54,475 nucleotides of DNA from Patellaria atrata CBS 101060 (taxonomy: Eukaryota), in NCBI GenBank assembly GCA_010093705.1, contig MU006089.1, positions 602,607 to 657,081 of the forward strand, read 5' to 3'. Both the position numbers and the translations under genes were made by a program. Positions within the stretch are counted from its first letter, which is position 1. The number at the start of each line of letters is the position of its first letter. This document shows positions 36,491-49,272 of this stretch, one piece after another. A model generated the notes under the pieces. It did not search any database. It was not told the DNA's origin and saw only the letters and a program-made list of their open reading frames with translations.

Positions 36491-38134
36491 ATCGGTCACG
36501 TGATTTGGGTTCCGTATCATATCCCCAGGCCGTTATGGCTTACAACAACAGCACCGTTCTGAAGTATAGGAGTGTTTTTTACTACATTCTACTACAGTAA
36601 TGGGAAAGCGACTTATTTCTATTACAATGTTTTCATATCGCAGTAAGTCCCGGCCTGTGTTACATGTTGTTGAGATCTAAAACAGGATGCAGTTGAGAGA
36701 TTGAACTGAGAGTAGAAACGATAGCCCCTAGCAATCACGATCATGTGAATGAGACGTTGAGAACTATACCTGCAAGACGGGATAGAGTTCTCATTCATCA
36801 ATAACTCTACGAAGCGGAACACTGAGCAGGTTGTCGCTTTGCATTTTATAGTCTTGATATGAAGAACATACGCATTACAGAACAAACCTAGGATTATGAG
36901 ATATTAATCGACCGAACAGATAACAACAAAGATGAGTGAAACTATGTTGAGCATCCTGTTATAAGAATAAGTAGTGAGTCAGTACTTTTTGACGTTAGAG
37001 TCTTACAATGTCTGCCTACCTGATCTTAACATGTTTTAATGATAATTGGATTTGAAGAGAGATTTGACGACGAACGAAGAACGAAGAAAATCTAGAACAT
37101 AGATGTTACAAGCATCGCTGAAGGAGTATATGAGATTTTGTCCCGCATGATAACTACGGCACTCACGGTAAGAACTCTAGAGCGGCTGAGCAAAATGATC
37201 ATAGACCCAAGAGGCTCCTAAAAGATATATCCAAGTATACCTTAATGTTAATAAATAGCGGAGTGCCGATATGTCTCAAGAGAAAGTGCAGCTTAAGGTA
37301 TCAATTTTAGTCCGTAGGCAGCAGCCATGGTAGAGAACAACGAATGTATATTAACCAACTCTAGAGAAATATCTTCGTCCTTAGTGCATTTGGTCAATTC
37401 GTAAAAAGACAGAAGATTAGCATTTCCCCTGCACAAGGTTGAAAATCGCATCAGAGAGAGTAAAGACTTTTTTTTTGCTGGCTTTCGATGTTGGTGTTAG
37501 CGCTGTTCCCTAGAGGCCCGGATCAAGGCGTCCTCAATTCGACTCCTGTACTTATAGAGCTTCATATGAATCTTTTGCTGGTTTGTCTGTCAATGTTTTG
37601 ATGGGCACAATGTTTGTTTTGATATTGGGTGTGAGATGGGTTAGTTGTTGATTGGGCCATCGAGGTGTGTTGAGATGGCTTCATTTAGGGCGAGTTGGTC
37701 CAAGAACCGAAGATCGAAACTGGGATTTTGAAAAATTATACAAAGTATATTAGGAAAAGAATTGCATCCGAGTAGATGGGAGGGCATAAGTCGATGCACT
37801 TGCAGTTTGGAAAGGACTATTTCTGGACAGAAGGGTCTATGGGATTTTGATATCAGCACGTTAGGAAGTATTGTAACTTTCTTCAGACGCACTCATTCTA
37901 TAAATATCAATTAGAGAACATAGCAATTTGAAGACGACCCCTATTCTGTGTTTGTGTTTTGTCCACTAAACTTTATCATGGTGTTGTAATTCTAGATGTT
38001 GCCATTCTGCCGCCGAGTCACCGCCTCGCTAGTCGCACCAATTACAATCATCATCCTCTCACCCACACCTCTCCCGAATTCCACGTCTCTCACATCCGCG
38101 AACAATCTACGAACGACATCACCACCAAGCAAAG

Positions 38135-38792
38135 ATGCCAAAGGAGGTAAAGCAGAAGAGCGGCCTCGCCGTGTAAGATTCCAATGTCTCCCACCAATGA
38201 ACACCAAACTAACGCTCTTTCACAGAGGCCTCAACGCTGGTCACGTACGTAAAATTTGTAGTGTCGCGCAGATGTCCTACAGGATAAGAGAAGACTGACG
38301 GATTTGGACGATTACAGAAAGTCACACCACGCCAATCGAAACCTCGTGTGTCGAGGACCAAGGGACACTTGTCGAAGAGGACTGCGTTTGTTAGAGAGGT
38401 CGTGAAGGAGGTTTCTGGGTAAGCGGCGCTCCCAAACCCATATACTCCCTCCGTGAGGGACGGAAAAACCAGGAGAGTGTTACAGTTCGAAGGATATGGA
38501 TGACTGAGTATATTTTAGCCTCGCACCCTATGAGCGCCGCGTTGTCGAACTTTTACGAAATAGCAAGGATAAGCGCGCCAGGAAGTTGGCGAAGAAGAGG
38601 GTATGTCTTCTCCGCCCTTGCACACAATCTATATACCCTGTCCCTAGTACCTTTAAAGAGACACACAAAATCGAGAAAAAAACGAGAACACAAAAAACTG
38701 ATATTTCCAAGCTCGGAACCTTCGGCCGCGCTAAGCGCAAGGTCGACGAGATGACCAAGGTCATCGCCGAATCTAGACGGGCTGGTCACTAA
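38135..38792 (+). CDS. RPL36: 60S ribosomal protein L36 (eL36), 4 introns
   Basis: Spliced [106 protein letters not shown]. Confidence 0.97.
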
Positions 38793-39138
38793 ATGTCGAA
38801 AACGGGAACGGGGTTTTCTTTGCTTGAAACGAAATGGCACGGTGTTGATCTCTCAGCATTTGCGCACCGTCGAATACTTGAGGGGAAGGAGGGATTTTCG
38901 TGTATCCTACTTATCATGAATGAATCGAAACGAGAAACCTCACGCAACTGTCGCATATTATGGTCGTGATTTATACATCTGTCTATGTTCGTTATCGTAA
39001 TGAGCTATAAGGCGACTCTAGCCATATGATCGAATCACTAAACCGCAAGTAGGACTATCAGCAATCCCCCGGCCTCTACTTAGCTATAAGTGAGGAGTAA
39101 TATGGAGTAGTAGAAGATCTTCCAACCCGATCTACCTC

Positions 39139-40826
39139 CTACTTCTTGCTAAACTTTCCCAGAAGGCTCTTGAGTTTACTCTCTTTCTCCGCATGACTCA
39201 ACTGCACCTTCGCCTTGCCCTTATCCTGCTTGCCCTCTCCCACCGTCTTCGCACACTCGTTTCCCTTACTCGACTCCGCCTCCCTCATGCCTAAATCAAC
39301 CTTGATCTCCTCAGCCTTATCGCGCCACTGGCTCTTGAGGATCGGTTGCTTCCTCACACTAAGGATTACAGCGTCATCCCACGCAAACACGACGAGCGCG
39401 CGGCCAACGAAGCCCAAATCCTTAACCAGCTTCTCCCCGCCATCCTTCAACACCAACTGACCGCCCTTGGGGCCGGTATAGCGCAGCACAAACCCCTCAT
39501 CCGGCTTTTCGAGCACGTATCTCACGAAACGGTATAATGCGGCGGTGGTATCGTCCTGAGTGAAGTCCGCCTCGATCTGGTACTGATCCGGTAGACGAAC
39601 GCGGATCGTGACGGTCTTGATGGCTGAGAGCTTGTCTGCTTTAGCGCGCTCTTGGGCGGCGAGCTCGGCGTCGGATTTGAGGCGGCGGTTGCGCGATTCC
39701 TGGGCCAGGTGCGCTTGGTATTGTTTTGCGTGGTCGATGGTGAATTCATAGTCGGCGTCGTTGAAGGCTGTGCGGGCGGCGAGGGGGACGGTGTCGGAGG
39801 AGGGGGAGAAGATCCGGAACGCGTGGTTCAAGGTTGGAAGGGGAGATGTTGACTCGACGATGGGTGTCGAGATCGTTTCTGGGTTCTGCTCTGAGAGAAC
39901 TGTGTTGTCGGGTGTGGGTTCGCTGGCCTGTGGAGCGGAGGCCGGAGATTCTTTGGCGAAAACAGTCAAGGGGGCGATTGGAGCTTCCTCCTTGGATGAC
40001 GTCGAAGGAGCGGTCGGATCTTCCATTGGTGTGTCGTCCGGAGAAGGAAGTGAAGGCACATCTGCGTCGATGGACATGGACATGGGTGCTGCTTCTGACT
40101 GAAATGTTCCCACGCTTCCAGCGTGTGCACCACTTAGAGTCGGCTCGGGTTCATCAGCCTCTTTGAAGTAGAGACTGATTTCTTGCATAGCTTCCTCGAG
40201 CGGTTTTCCGCTGTTCCGGAAGCTTAGCCTCAACAGGACATTGCCAGTATTGAATCCCATCTGGCCTAGAGTCTTCTGTAAATCCGTAAAAGTGGAAAGC
40301 TCCCTTCCCATGAAATGTAATACCGGTATCTCATAGTTAAGCCTGCCAGAACCTCCCTGTCCCATTTCCGGAACTCCCCTCTGTGTGATTATCAGATTGC
40401 GGGGTACATTGGTGATTGTGGACTGGCCGCTCTCGAAGACTCGGAGGATTTGCCAGAACGAAGTATTACTAGGAAACTTATGGGTGAGACGAGTGCTGTT
40501 CTCCGACTCTGGTAACTGGAGCGCAACGGTTATGACAGAGGGCGAACGTGATGCTTGAACGAGCTCAAGTTGAGCTCCAGGAGGAAGGTTTGCGAGGCGG
40601 AGAGTTAAGGAGAGATCAACGATCTTCTTATTATGCCTTTCGTCTGTCAGTAAGTCTGTTATGAAAAGTAAGAGGGGTTGCACACATACTTGAGAATGTA
40701 CTGTTCTGCGTTCAAACCCCATTTTGAACATGCTTCTTGTAGTACATCAGTGAGATGTTTTCCCGGCGTGGTCTTGATTGTTGCTCTGCGGGCGCCAGTA
40801 TCTATGACCACGACATGAGACGCCAT
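39139..40826 (-). CDS. UBX4: UBX-domain Cdc48/p97 cofactor, TUG/ASPL (Ubx4) type
   Basis: Exon 1 MASHVVVIDTGARRATIKTTPGKHLTDVLQEACSKWGL (TUG ubiquitin-like), intron, then HNKKIVDLSLTLRLANLPPGAQLEL...DYEFTIDHAKQYQ...TIRVRLPDQYQIEADF (UBX). Confidence 0.85.
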
Positions 40827-41490
40827 GAGCAGTGTATAGTTTGAAAGACTGTGGTCAAAGCAACAATGCTATAACCGATGGTTAGAACGCGGCGGCGTGA
40901 GCAATCTGAGTGGTGTATGCGGCGTGTTTCTATTATCTTCTCTACGGTACTCTGTAACAGCCATGCATTGACCATAATATACAGGAATCGAGATTCTTTA
41001 TAAGTCAATGATAGACCAGTAATGTTTGCCATCACACGATGTAAGAGGACGTGTGGTTGTAATTATTCAGGTAGTTTAGGCTACCGCCATGGTATATCTA
41101 CAGTACGGAGGATGGAAAGAACGTTCAGACTGAGTAATATGTAATAGTACCTTATTAGACGTGGGATATTCTTCCTGCGGTTCTATCTATGCGATAAATT
41201 GGAGAGTAGTAAGGTGGATTTTACCGCAGTATGTCAACAATGTATACCTATACATCTTCCGGGCTGCTACCTTTTATTACAAACTCTGCATTTCAAACCG
41301 AATTTCCAGGTAGTTCTATTGATTATCATTCAGCGGGAGTGGTAGAGCAAAAACGTCAGCATAATGCAAACAAGCCAAACTGGTGGGCACGAGTAGCTCG
41401 CGGTGAGGTCCATTTCTCATATCAGACTTTCCGCCCCACTAGTTCTACTCCATACACTTTCTTTGCCTTACTACTAGACTTTAAACCGAA

Positions 41491-42610
41491 ATGACGACCG
41501 TAAAGATAACTTCCCCTGCTCAATTCAACAATCTACTCTCCCAGTCAAGGGTCGTGGTGGTGGATTGTAAGTCCAGACTTGCCTGAGTGCTGACTCCCGG
41601 CTGATTCTGTTTGCTATCTAGTTTTCGCAGACTGGTGTGCGCCATGCAAGGTGATTGCCCCGGTCTATGAGCAGCTATCCGCTCAGCTATCGAGACCGAA
41701 TCGAGTTACCTTCACAAAAGTCAACGTGGACGAGCAAACACAGATCGCACAGCAGTATGGCATCTCAAGGTAGGCAGGACGGGAGCAACATCTACTGTAC
41801 GGGCAAAGTTCTGACTGGCGTACCAGTATACCTACCTTTATGATCTTCAAGAACGGACAGGAAGCGGCGAAGATACGCGGGGCAAAAGCGAAAGACCTCT
41901 CCGATGCAGTCAAAAAGCTCGCGGCTGAAGCCGAATCAAGCGATGGGACATCCGCGTCAGGATTCGCGTCAAGTTCAGGCTTAGGGTCATCATGGCGCGG
42001 TTTTGATCTTCCACGATCTTATGTGGATGTAACAGATCAAATAGACTCTAGAGGAATAGACTTGCTCAACTCAGATGCGGAATTCGGGAGTGGCAGCACC
42101 CTATTCAGCACAGGGAAACCAAGTAGCTTAGAATCACCAAAGGGCAAAGGACCAGCAAAATCGGCTGCCGTAAAACCGGATTGGATAGAAAGTGACACTG
42201 ATGAGCAGCTAATGCTCTTCATTCCCTTTCAATCTATGTTAAAGATCCATTCGCTCCAACTGACCTCCATCCGTCCAACATCTTCAGAAGATGACAGTGA
42301 CGAACTACCTATGCGACCCAAAACACTCAAGCTGTACACAAACAGAGCAAGAAATCTAGGATTCGAAGAGGCGGATGATATACCTACAACTCAGACAATT
42401 GAGCTCAGTCCACAAGACTGGGATGAAAAGACTGCGACTGCAAATGTTCAGCTTCGATTTGTCAAGTTCCAGAATATAACATCACTAGTAATATTCGTCG
42501 TGGATGGTGATGGAGATAGTGAAAAGACAAGGTTGGATAGGATTAGGATTATTGGTGAGAGTGGTGAAAAACGCGAGATGGGCAAACTGGAAAAGCCAGG
42601 TGATGAATAG
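41491..42610 (+). CDS. TXL1: Thioredoxin-like protein with C-terminal PITH domain (TXNL1/Txl1 type)
   Basis: VVVDF|FADWCAPCKVIAP...FTKVNVDEQ...|IPTFMIFKNG (thioredoxin fold, two introns), then WIESDTDEQLMLFIPFQ...LRFVKFQNITSLVIFV...KTRLDRIRIIG (PITH). Confidence 0.92.
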
Positions 42611-45600
42611 AGGGTTGGATCATTCGCGGCAGCGATTATTTCTGGCTTATCCATAGTAGGTCAAAAGCATTGCAATCAATAAATGAGTAGGAATATATCT
42701 AAAGATCAGGTTTTCATCGCCTTGCGGTTTTCGGCTTGATGATACCAAACTTAACATTGAAGGGATGGGATAATGGATTTGTTCTGCCTTTGACGCATGA
42801 CAAAGCCACTCAACAGGCAGAGTCATATGTTGGTCAATAGCTGATGTGCAATATATTTATTCTGTGACGCAACTGACACTTGAGTTATCACCATTGACGA
42901 GGTGGACAAGTAACACGGGTTGATAGATGCGTCGCCGCACAATGAAGAAAAGGAAAGGAAGAAAATCCTTTTCAGAATTTTCATAGAAATGGGAAGAGTG
43001 CTTAGTCACCGAGATTCACCGCTTGACTATTCATGGGTTAGCGCAAATCCACAACCACTTCGTGATAGAATTCTTGTTGCGACCTCACATCCTTTCTATC
43101 AAGGCCGGTGATGAACGATACATTTGTATCAAATCAATAATAGGAAGAGAATGACTTGGCTATGCTGAGGTTGATCTCAACAGACACTTTTCTGAGGCCT
43201 AACGAACTGTCCCACGCGGTGAAATGCCTACCGGTACTCATCAAGATATTCTTAGAATTTCTTCTAGCGATAGCAATGCATTATTTCCAGTCAGATATTT
43301 TGAGTTCTTCTTGAAAGCTCATTGATTACTCTTTATTTCAGAAATATAACAGAGGATAGAGATCGAGACTGCCGTAAACTTTCACTGAAATTTTGCCTCT
43401 ACCTTCTATACCAATATTCATTCAATATCACTGCAAAGAACCCGCTAACCGTACTCTCAGGATTGAGCATTACACCAACTATCAAACCTACAATGACATT
43501 TCATCATTCATTCATTCATACGCTTCTCCGTCGACCCTAGGGGTGTAGAGAAAGCCGTAGAAATTGAACAAACAGTAAGGTTCTCTGAAGAAAGCAGTTT
43601 ATATACAAAATATCAGTACGTGGACCTGTTTTCAATACTAGAACTAGATATTCATTTTATCTTAAGCTAGCTTTCTATTTCTTCTATTCGTACTAAAACT
43701 CCTGCGAGTTTCCATAGTGTGGTAAGCGCCTTTCTGTTCTCATTCTTTAGTTAACATCGGAACATTATTGCTAGTCCCCGAAATGAAGGAATTAATATTA
43801 TAAGTCGACATCTTTGGTATGGTTCAATATTGGAAACTTAAGTAAGAAAGAGCAAGGAACGACGTCGTCTGGCATTAACTTCAATTATTTCATATCATTC
43901 GAATACGGGAGATATTTGTAGTTACTGTTTATACGCATTTTGCGGTTTCGACCGGCCTATACAGGTATAATTTCAGCTGGTTCCTATTCGCAACATATCA
44001 CATCCACCTCCAAGTTTGTATCACTTGAGCACTCGTAGATGTCAGTAACTCGCATTATGAACAGAGGCCAGTGTACACCATTACAAGTCAATGTCAATGA
44101 AATTTTAGAGAACTTTCGGGAGTGAGAAAGGAATATGAAGTCACTTTCTACAATTGCAACTTTCATATACCGCTTGTATTATAGGCTCGATGAATTCTAT
44201 TCTGCTCTGGGAGTGTCACTTACTGCAGGAGCTAGCTACAAGGTGAACTGATCCGCCGGACATTGTCAACCACTACGCCATGTTGACTCTTATTGTTCAT
44301 GTGTAAGACCCAAGAACAGTGCGACAGACAGCCAGAGAGAGTTGACGTTACCTTTAGTACGACTATGGAGTTGTCAGTACAGTCGTGATGAATAGGGTAG
44401 AAGAAGAGAGACAGGTAAACGGGTAAGTTTCATTCTAGCATCAAAGTTCGCCGTATTCCTGTTAGTACTTGGTAAGCAATAATTGCCATACGCTGGCGTG
44501 CTTGTCAACCCAAAGTCTCAGCACAAAGCGGCCGAACCATCGATAAGGTCAAGGTCTCAACACACTGTCAAAACCAAATCGAAAGCTATGGTCATGTTAC
44601 GACCTTCTACAATGATAACATGAGGTGGCACGGCTGGTCATGAACGTCAAGCGGCGAGAGCCGGCACTGAAGTACAAACTCAACGGTCATGATTCGGTTG
44701 CTGTATCCACCGTCTCGCACTCTCGTGGAAAAAGATTCCAGTCCTTTGAATTTTATGAAAATCATCCTCGATTCAACTGCGAGGCTTCCAAATTGCCGAA
44801 TTGGTGGCGCCACAACACCGTTCTTTTGGGAATTCCATCTTTCCATGGACCCGACAAGAGGCAATTGTGGGGATAAGCGGCGAGACAAACTCGTATGAAG
44901 GCTTTTAAACTGTTAGAGGATAAAACACGACCTGGCGAAAAACGCTCGGTACCGGTACCCACTTAGTGCGGAAGTCATAATCTCGCGGGCTCGGGACACA
45001 TGGAATTCCTTCCACATATCGTGGGCCCCCGGTTCTGTGGCGTTTTCCCGAAGAAAATTCGAATCTTAAACTTCCTGTTTGAGAGAAAATGTTCGAGCGC
45101 GGCTGAACACTTGGACGGATACTGTGGATTCAAAGCCTTGACGTACTAGTATGGGTTATCGTCAGAGTGGGATGTGAGAGTGGGAACCGTTTTGACTGCG
45201 TGGCCTCTCCCACCCAAAAGGATCAGTGATGAGTTTCAGCAGTAGCTGCAGAAGGATATGCAAAATTCTGATGCGTACCTGCATTGATGAACGACCGGAA
45301 AAAGGACACGGACATTCCCTGACACATAAAGTTTTTCTTTTTGCACCGTCGAGACATCTTAACATCGTTACCAAGATACTGACTCTTTAACATATCATGA
45401 GAGTCACGACACGAACTATTTCCCCAGCTTCGGAAGGTCATTATTACTGAATCCACGCGGCCCGTCGCGGGAACATCAGCTTAGAGCCGTTGAGAGTCAG
45501 CGACGCTGACTCTCTATCAAAAATTCATGATGAGCCGAGGAACGATCTGTAAGAATTTACGCAATCTCGTCAAATTGATAAGGTAGATCTGTGGGGAGGA

Positions 45601-48600
45601 ATCAAACCCTTCGCTCAGGCTGAATTGGTATGAAAACTAAGGAAGCCAAAACCTCTTCCCCGGCGCCGTCCAACACGCTTTGATGGCACTAAAGAGGTCG
45701 ATAACCCACGATTCCCACATCTCGGAACCATTGCTAGAGGGAAGGCAATTCCAAGGGTCTGCTCGCGGAGTCGCGGGCACGCGGATATCGCCAAGTTTCG
45801 ACGGTTTTCTCCTCTTTGCGAATTCGAGTGTCTGCCCAGTCGACCCCTCAGCTAAAATGAAAGAAAGAAAAAGCCAAAGATGATGATTACTGTGAAGCGT
45901 TTATCTCGTGAAACTTATCGTCGTTGTGCGATTCTCTGTACCTGCAGCGTTCCTGCATTAGGCACATACCACTGCATAATAGGCACTTATCAAACAAAAT
46001 TGATTCTCACCAGGTACGAAAGATGTTATTCGTCAATTTCGACTGGCTTTCTCACCGTCCAATCAAGAAATCTGGTGGAGAGATTGATAGACCGCTTTAC
46101 CGATAGACCGATAGGCTGATGTTCTGGAATTCGTTCAATCAGCGTCCCAAAAAAGCATAAAAGGAAATTAATGCATTAATGCAAGTGTCTCTGAGCGCAC
46201 AGTGGCATAACGTCCACCGAAGACTGGTGGAGTTATGGACCGGTATATCCAAACTTTGTGCACATGTTGCTCTTCAAAAGCAGCGACATCACCATTCCTA
46301 AACTGGTCATAGGCCGTGTCAAGGGTATTCTGCTCATGCAATCCTTATGCGAATTGTGCTCCCTCGCCTTGTCTTTGTTCGTGTTTCCTCGTACTTGACC
46401 CCAAAATAGACGTGCGAAGATTCACGAAAGGATGTACATGCTGGGTTAGTGCATGAAGAAATAACATGAGAAACTTAATATTTACAACCCTCGCTATAGA
46501 TAATTTGTGCGGATATGGTGGGGTCATCAATCTTACATCGCGACAATCATCATAATCTATCCGTCAACTAACTCAACTTCATTTGCTATCTCCAGAACTG
46601 CTTTTTCCTCAGGATATTGGGTAAACCTTTCAGTCATGGCTCCTATTCGAGTGGAAAAGAGACGCATCGGGTCAGCGGTTGGGCTACGAATTTGGGTAGG
46701 ACGGTTATTCCTCAGCACCATGATACGTCAACTGAGAAGATCTTTTTGGAATCTTGCCACTGGAACTTTTCTCCCACCTTGAGCCTGAGAAAGACGATGA
46801 AACAGTCGGTTCGGAGGGTCCCTGGACCGCTTAGAGAATCCTTCAAGATGTGAGGACGGATGTTTAGGAAACATTTTTACAGGCAACGGGGAGGCAAAAC
46901 GGAGCGGAGGCTGCCTACCAACCAGCATGAAAGTTGACCCTCCATGATACTCTTTTGTGTCTCAAGTCGCTACCGTGTCGTTCGAGAAGTTGGCAACCGA
47001 TCCAATATTTCACCCCACACGAGTAAGAAAACAACCGACGTGGAAGTCCACGGCGTATCGCGATGGATGAAGTCGAAGTTTCTGCAGCTTGCAGAGTGCT
47101 TTGCAGAGAGACTGCAGATTTACTAGAGCAGGTACCTTTGTACCTGCAGAAGATGGGCGCTGAACGAGAATCCAAACACCGAACTCTACACTTCCCCACA
47201 AATGATGATGTAGGGTCCAGAAGATGAGGAGTATTACAGTGGTGATGTTCCTGAATTGTCGTCTTCCATGACGGCAATCAGCATTTTAGATCTTCGTCTT
47301 GCATTGATGGTGGGATTTGATGTTGCAGAGACGAGCAAGTCGCTCGTTCGAAACAGTTGAGCCGCGGTTCAGGTGAGAGCCGGCGCGGATGTTGAAGCTG
47401 AGCATTATCTGACCACCACCATCGGAAGATTTCAAAGACAGACAAAAGAAGATGTGGAGAGAAAAAGTTTTTTTTTGATACAGTTAATACATATCGATAA
47501 CGACGATAGGAGATATGATAGGGACCGCTCTGTCGGCGTCAATTCCACTTGCTTTTACAATATCCCACATGGCAGGACGCATTTCCCAAAACAACCCAAC
47601 TTCTGGCCTGAGAGCGCTTTACTAACCAACCTAAGTCGTCCTTAAAGTCACTTCGGCATGCTATGGATTACTATTGGGGACGGGTGCATCCACAAGTGTG
47701 TGATAGTGTCCTGATAGGCGGTTGAGGAAAGCTGAATCCCAGTCCATAGTCTTTGTTGCACGGCCTCGATGCAGACCTCCGTAAGCTACTATTTCGTTGC
47801 CGCACAGCTACGATCAGAAGACAGAAAAGAAGCACAGAAATCACACTGCCACCGCTTCTGGACGAGTTGGTTGGTTTAAGAGAATCCGAGTCTTTAACGA
47901 ATTACTATCAAGAGCACATTGCAGAAGATGTTTTCGCCATCAGCTTCGTTCTTTTCCAGCTGTGGCTACGCCGTTGATCTATGGGTCTCGAGTACTGTAC
48001 GTTTATTTTCTTTGACGGTGTTGTCCGGTTGACCTGATGATATCTTTTCAGGTTAAAGTTCGACTTTCTTTTGGCTACGGTAGCCGGTCTATAAAACTTA
48101 TTCATGGAGATTATGCAGAACGCTAAGGTTTCACATACCAACAAGTTGTGCTAGTTTGGAAGGTGACGATGAAGCATAGGACGCATAACGCGATGCATAT
48201 GAGCGTGGGTCAGAAAATTGTGGGTGTGTGTCGGTCGCAATCTCTAGACCTGGCACAAGTGTGCTCTCTGGTGCTCTTCTGGTGCCCTCCGGTGCCTCTG
48301 GTCAGTCTGGTGGCATCTTGGGTATGCTGTCAGCCAATATGAATGCATGCCTTTTGTGTACGAGGTGGCATAAAATAGTGCCGCGCGTCTTGCTGCTCTA
48401 ATGGCGGCCTCAGTTGTCTCTTCATACAGGCACTATCTTCCTAGGACCTTACCTGGATTCGCGAGTCATATTTCACAGTCACAGAATAATCATTGCATTA
48501 GTTCCAGGCAGGGGGGCTCAATGTTCGCCTGCACCTTGACCAGTAGTGCCCAGCAGCCCAGCATAGTAACCAGTCTGTGCCAGTGGAGTTGGGTTAACTT

Positions 48601-49272
48601 TGGGGCCTGGTGCTGCGCCTTCATCGTCCTTCCCGGTCCCCCCTCCCACAGTGTTCGACCAATTCCGTTCCTGGGGTCTTGCGGTGCCTGGTCATCTTTT
48701 CTTCTTCAGTCCTAATCATCGTCTCGTCTCTCGCTGATCTCCTCTTTACTTATCCACGGCTTATCCCTCCACTCGTTGTCTTTTCCTTGCTACGGTTTAT
48801 CAACCTCGTCATTCGCACCCAGCATTTCTTCTTTCTTCTTTTTTTTACAGCCGTTTTTGTGCTTCACTCTTTTGGTTTACAGTCTACTAGCTTGTTCTAT
48901 TAAACAGCTTGTCAGATTGTTACCTTGCCCTTCCTTAGGAACCATTTCCATAACTCAACTATCCATCGACATATGACCCTCGACACTCGACCTTATAAAT
49001 CTTTACTATTAGATAGCATACAGATCACCTGTTGCTATTGTCCAGTCATTCTTTAAAGACATACTTCTCATATTTATCTTTCTGTACTATTGCCAGCGTG
49101 GCATATATACTGTACAAATATTAATTCTCCGCGACGAAGTGTTGGATACTAGACAACAGAAATCAATAGGTCGAATACTATATTAAACGAATAAGTATGT
49201 GACCCTCTTCGAGATAGAAACATTCGGTTGTTGGAATATGAGATTTCCTATTGATATGGGGTTAACATTTAT

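Noticed and set aside
46167..46180. 14-bp palindrome ATTAATGCATTAAT
   Set aside because: AT-rich and short enough to occur by chance, with no supporting context.
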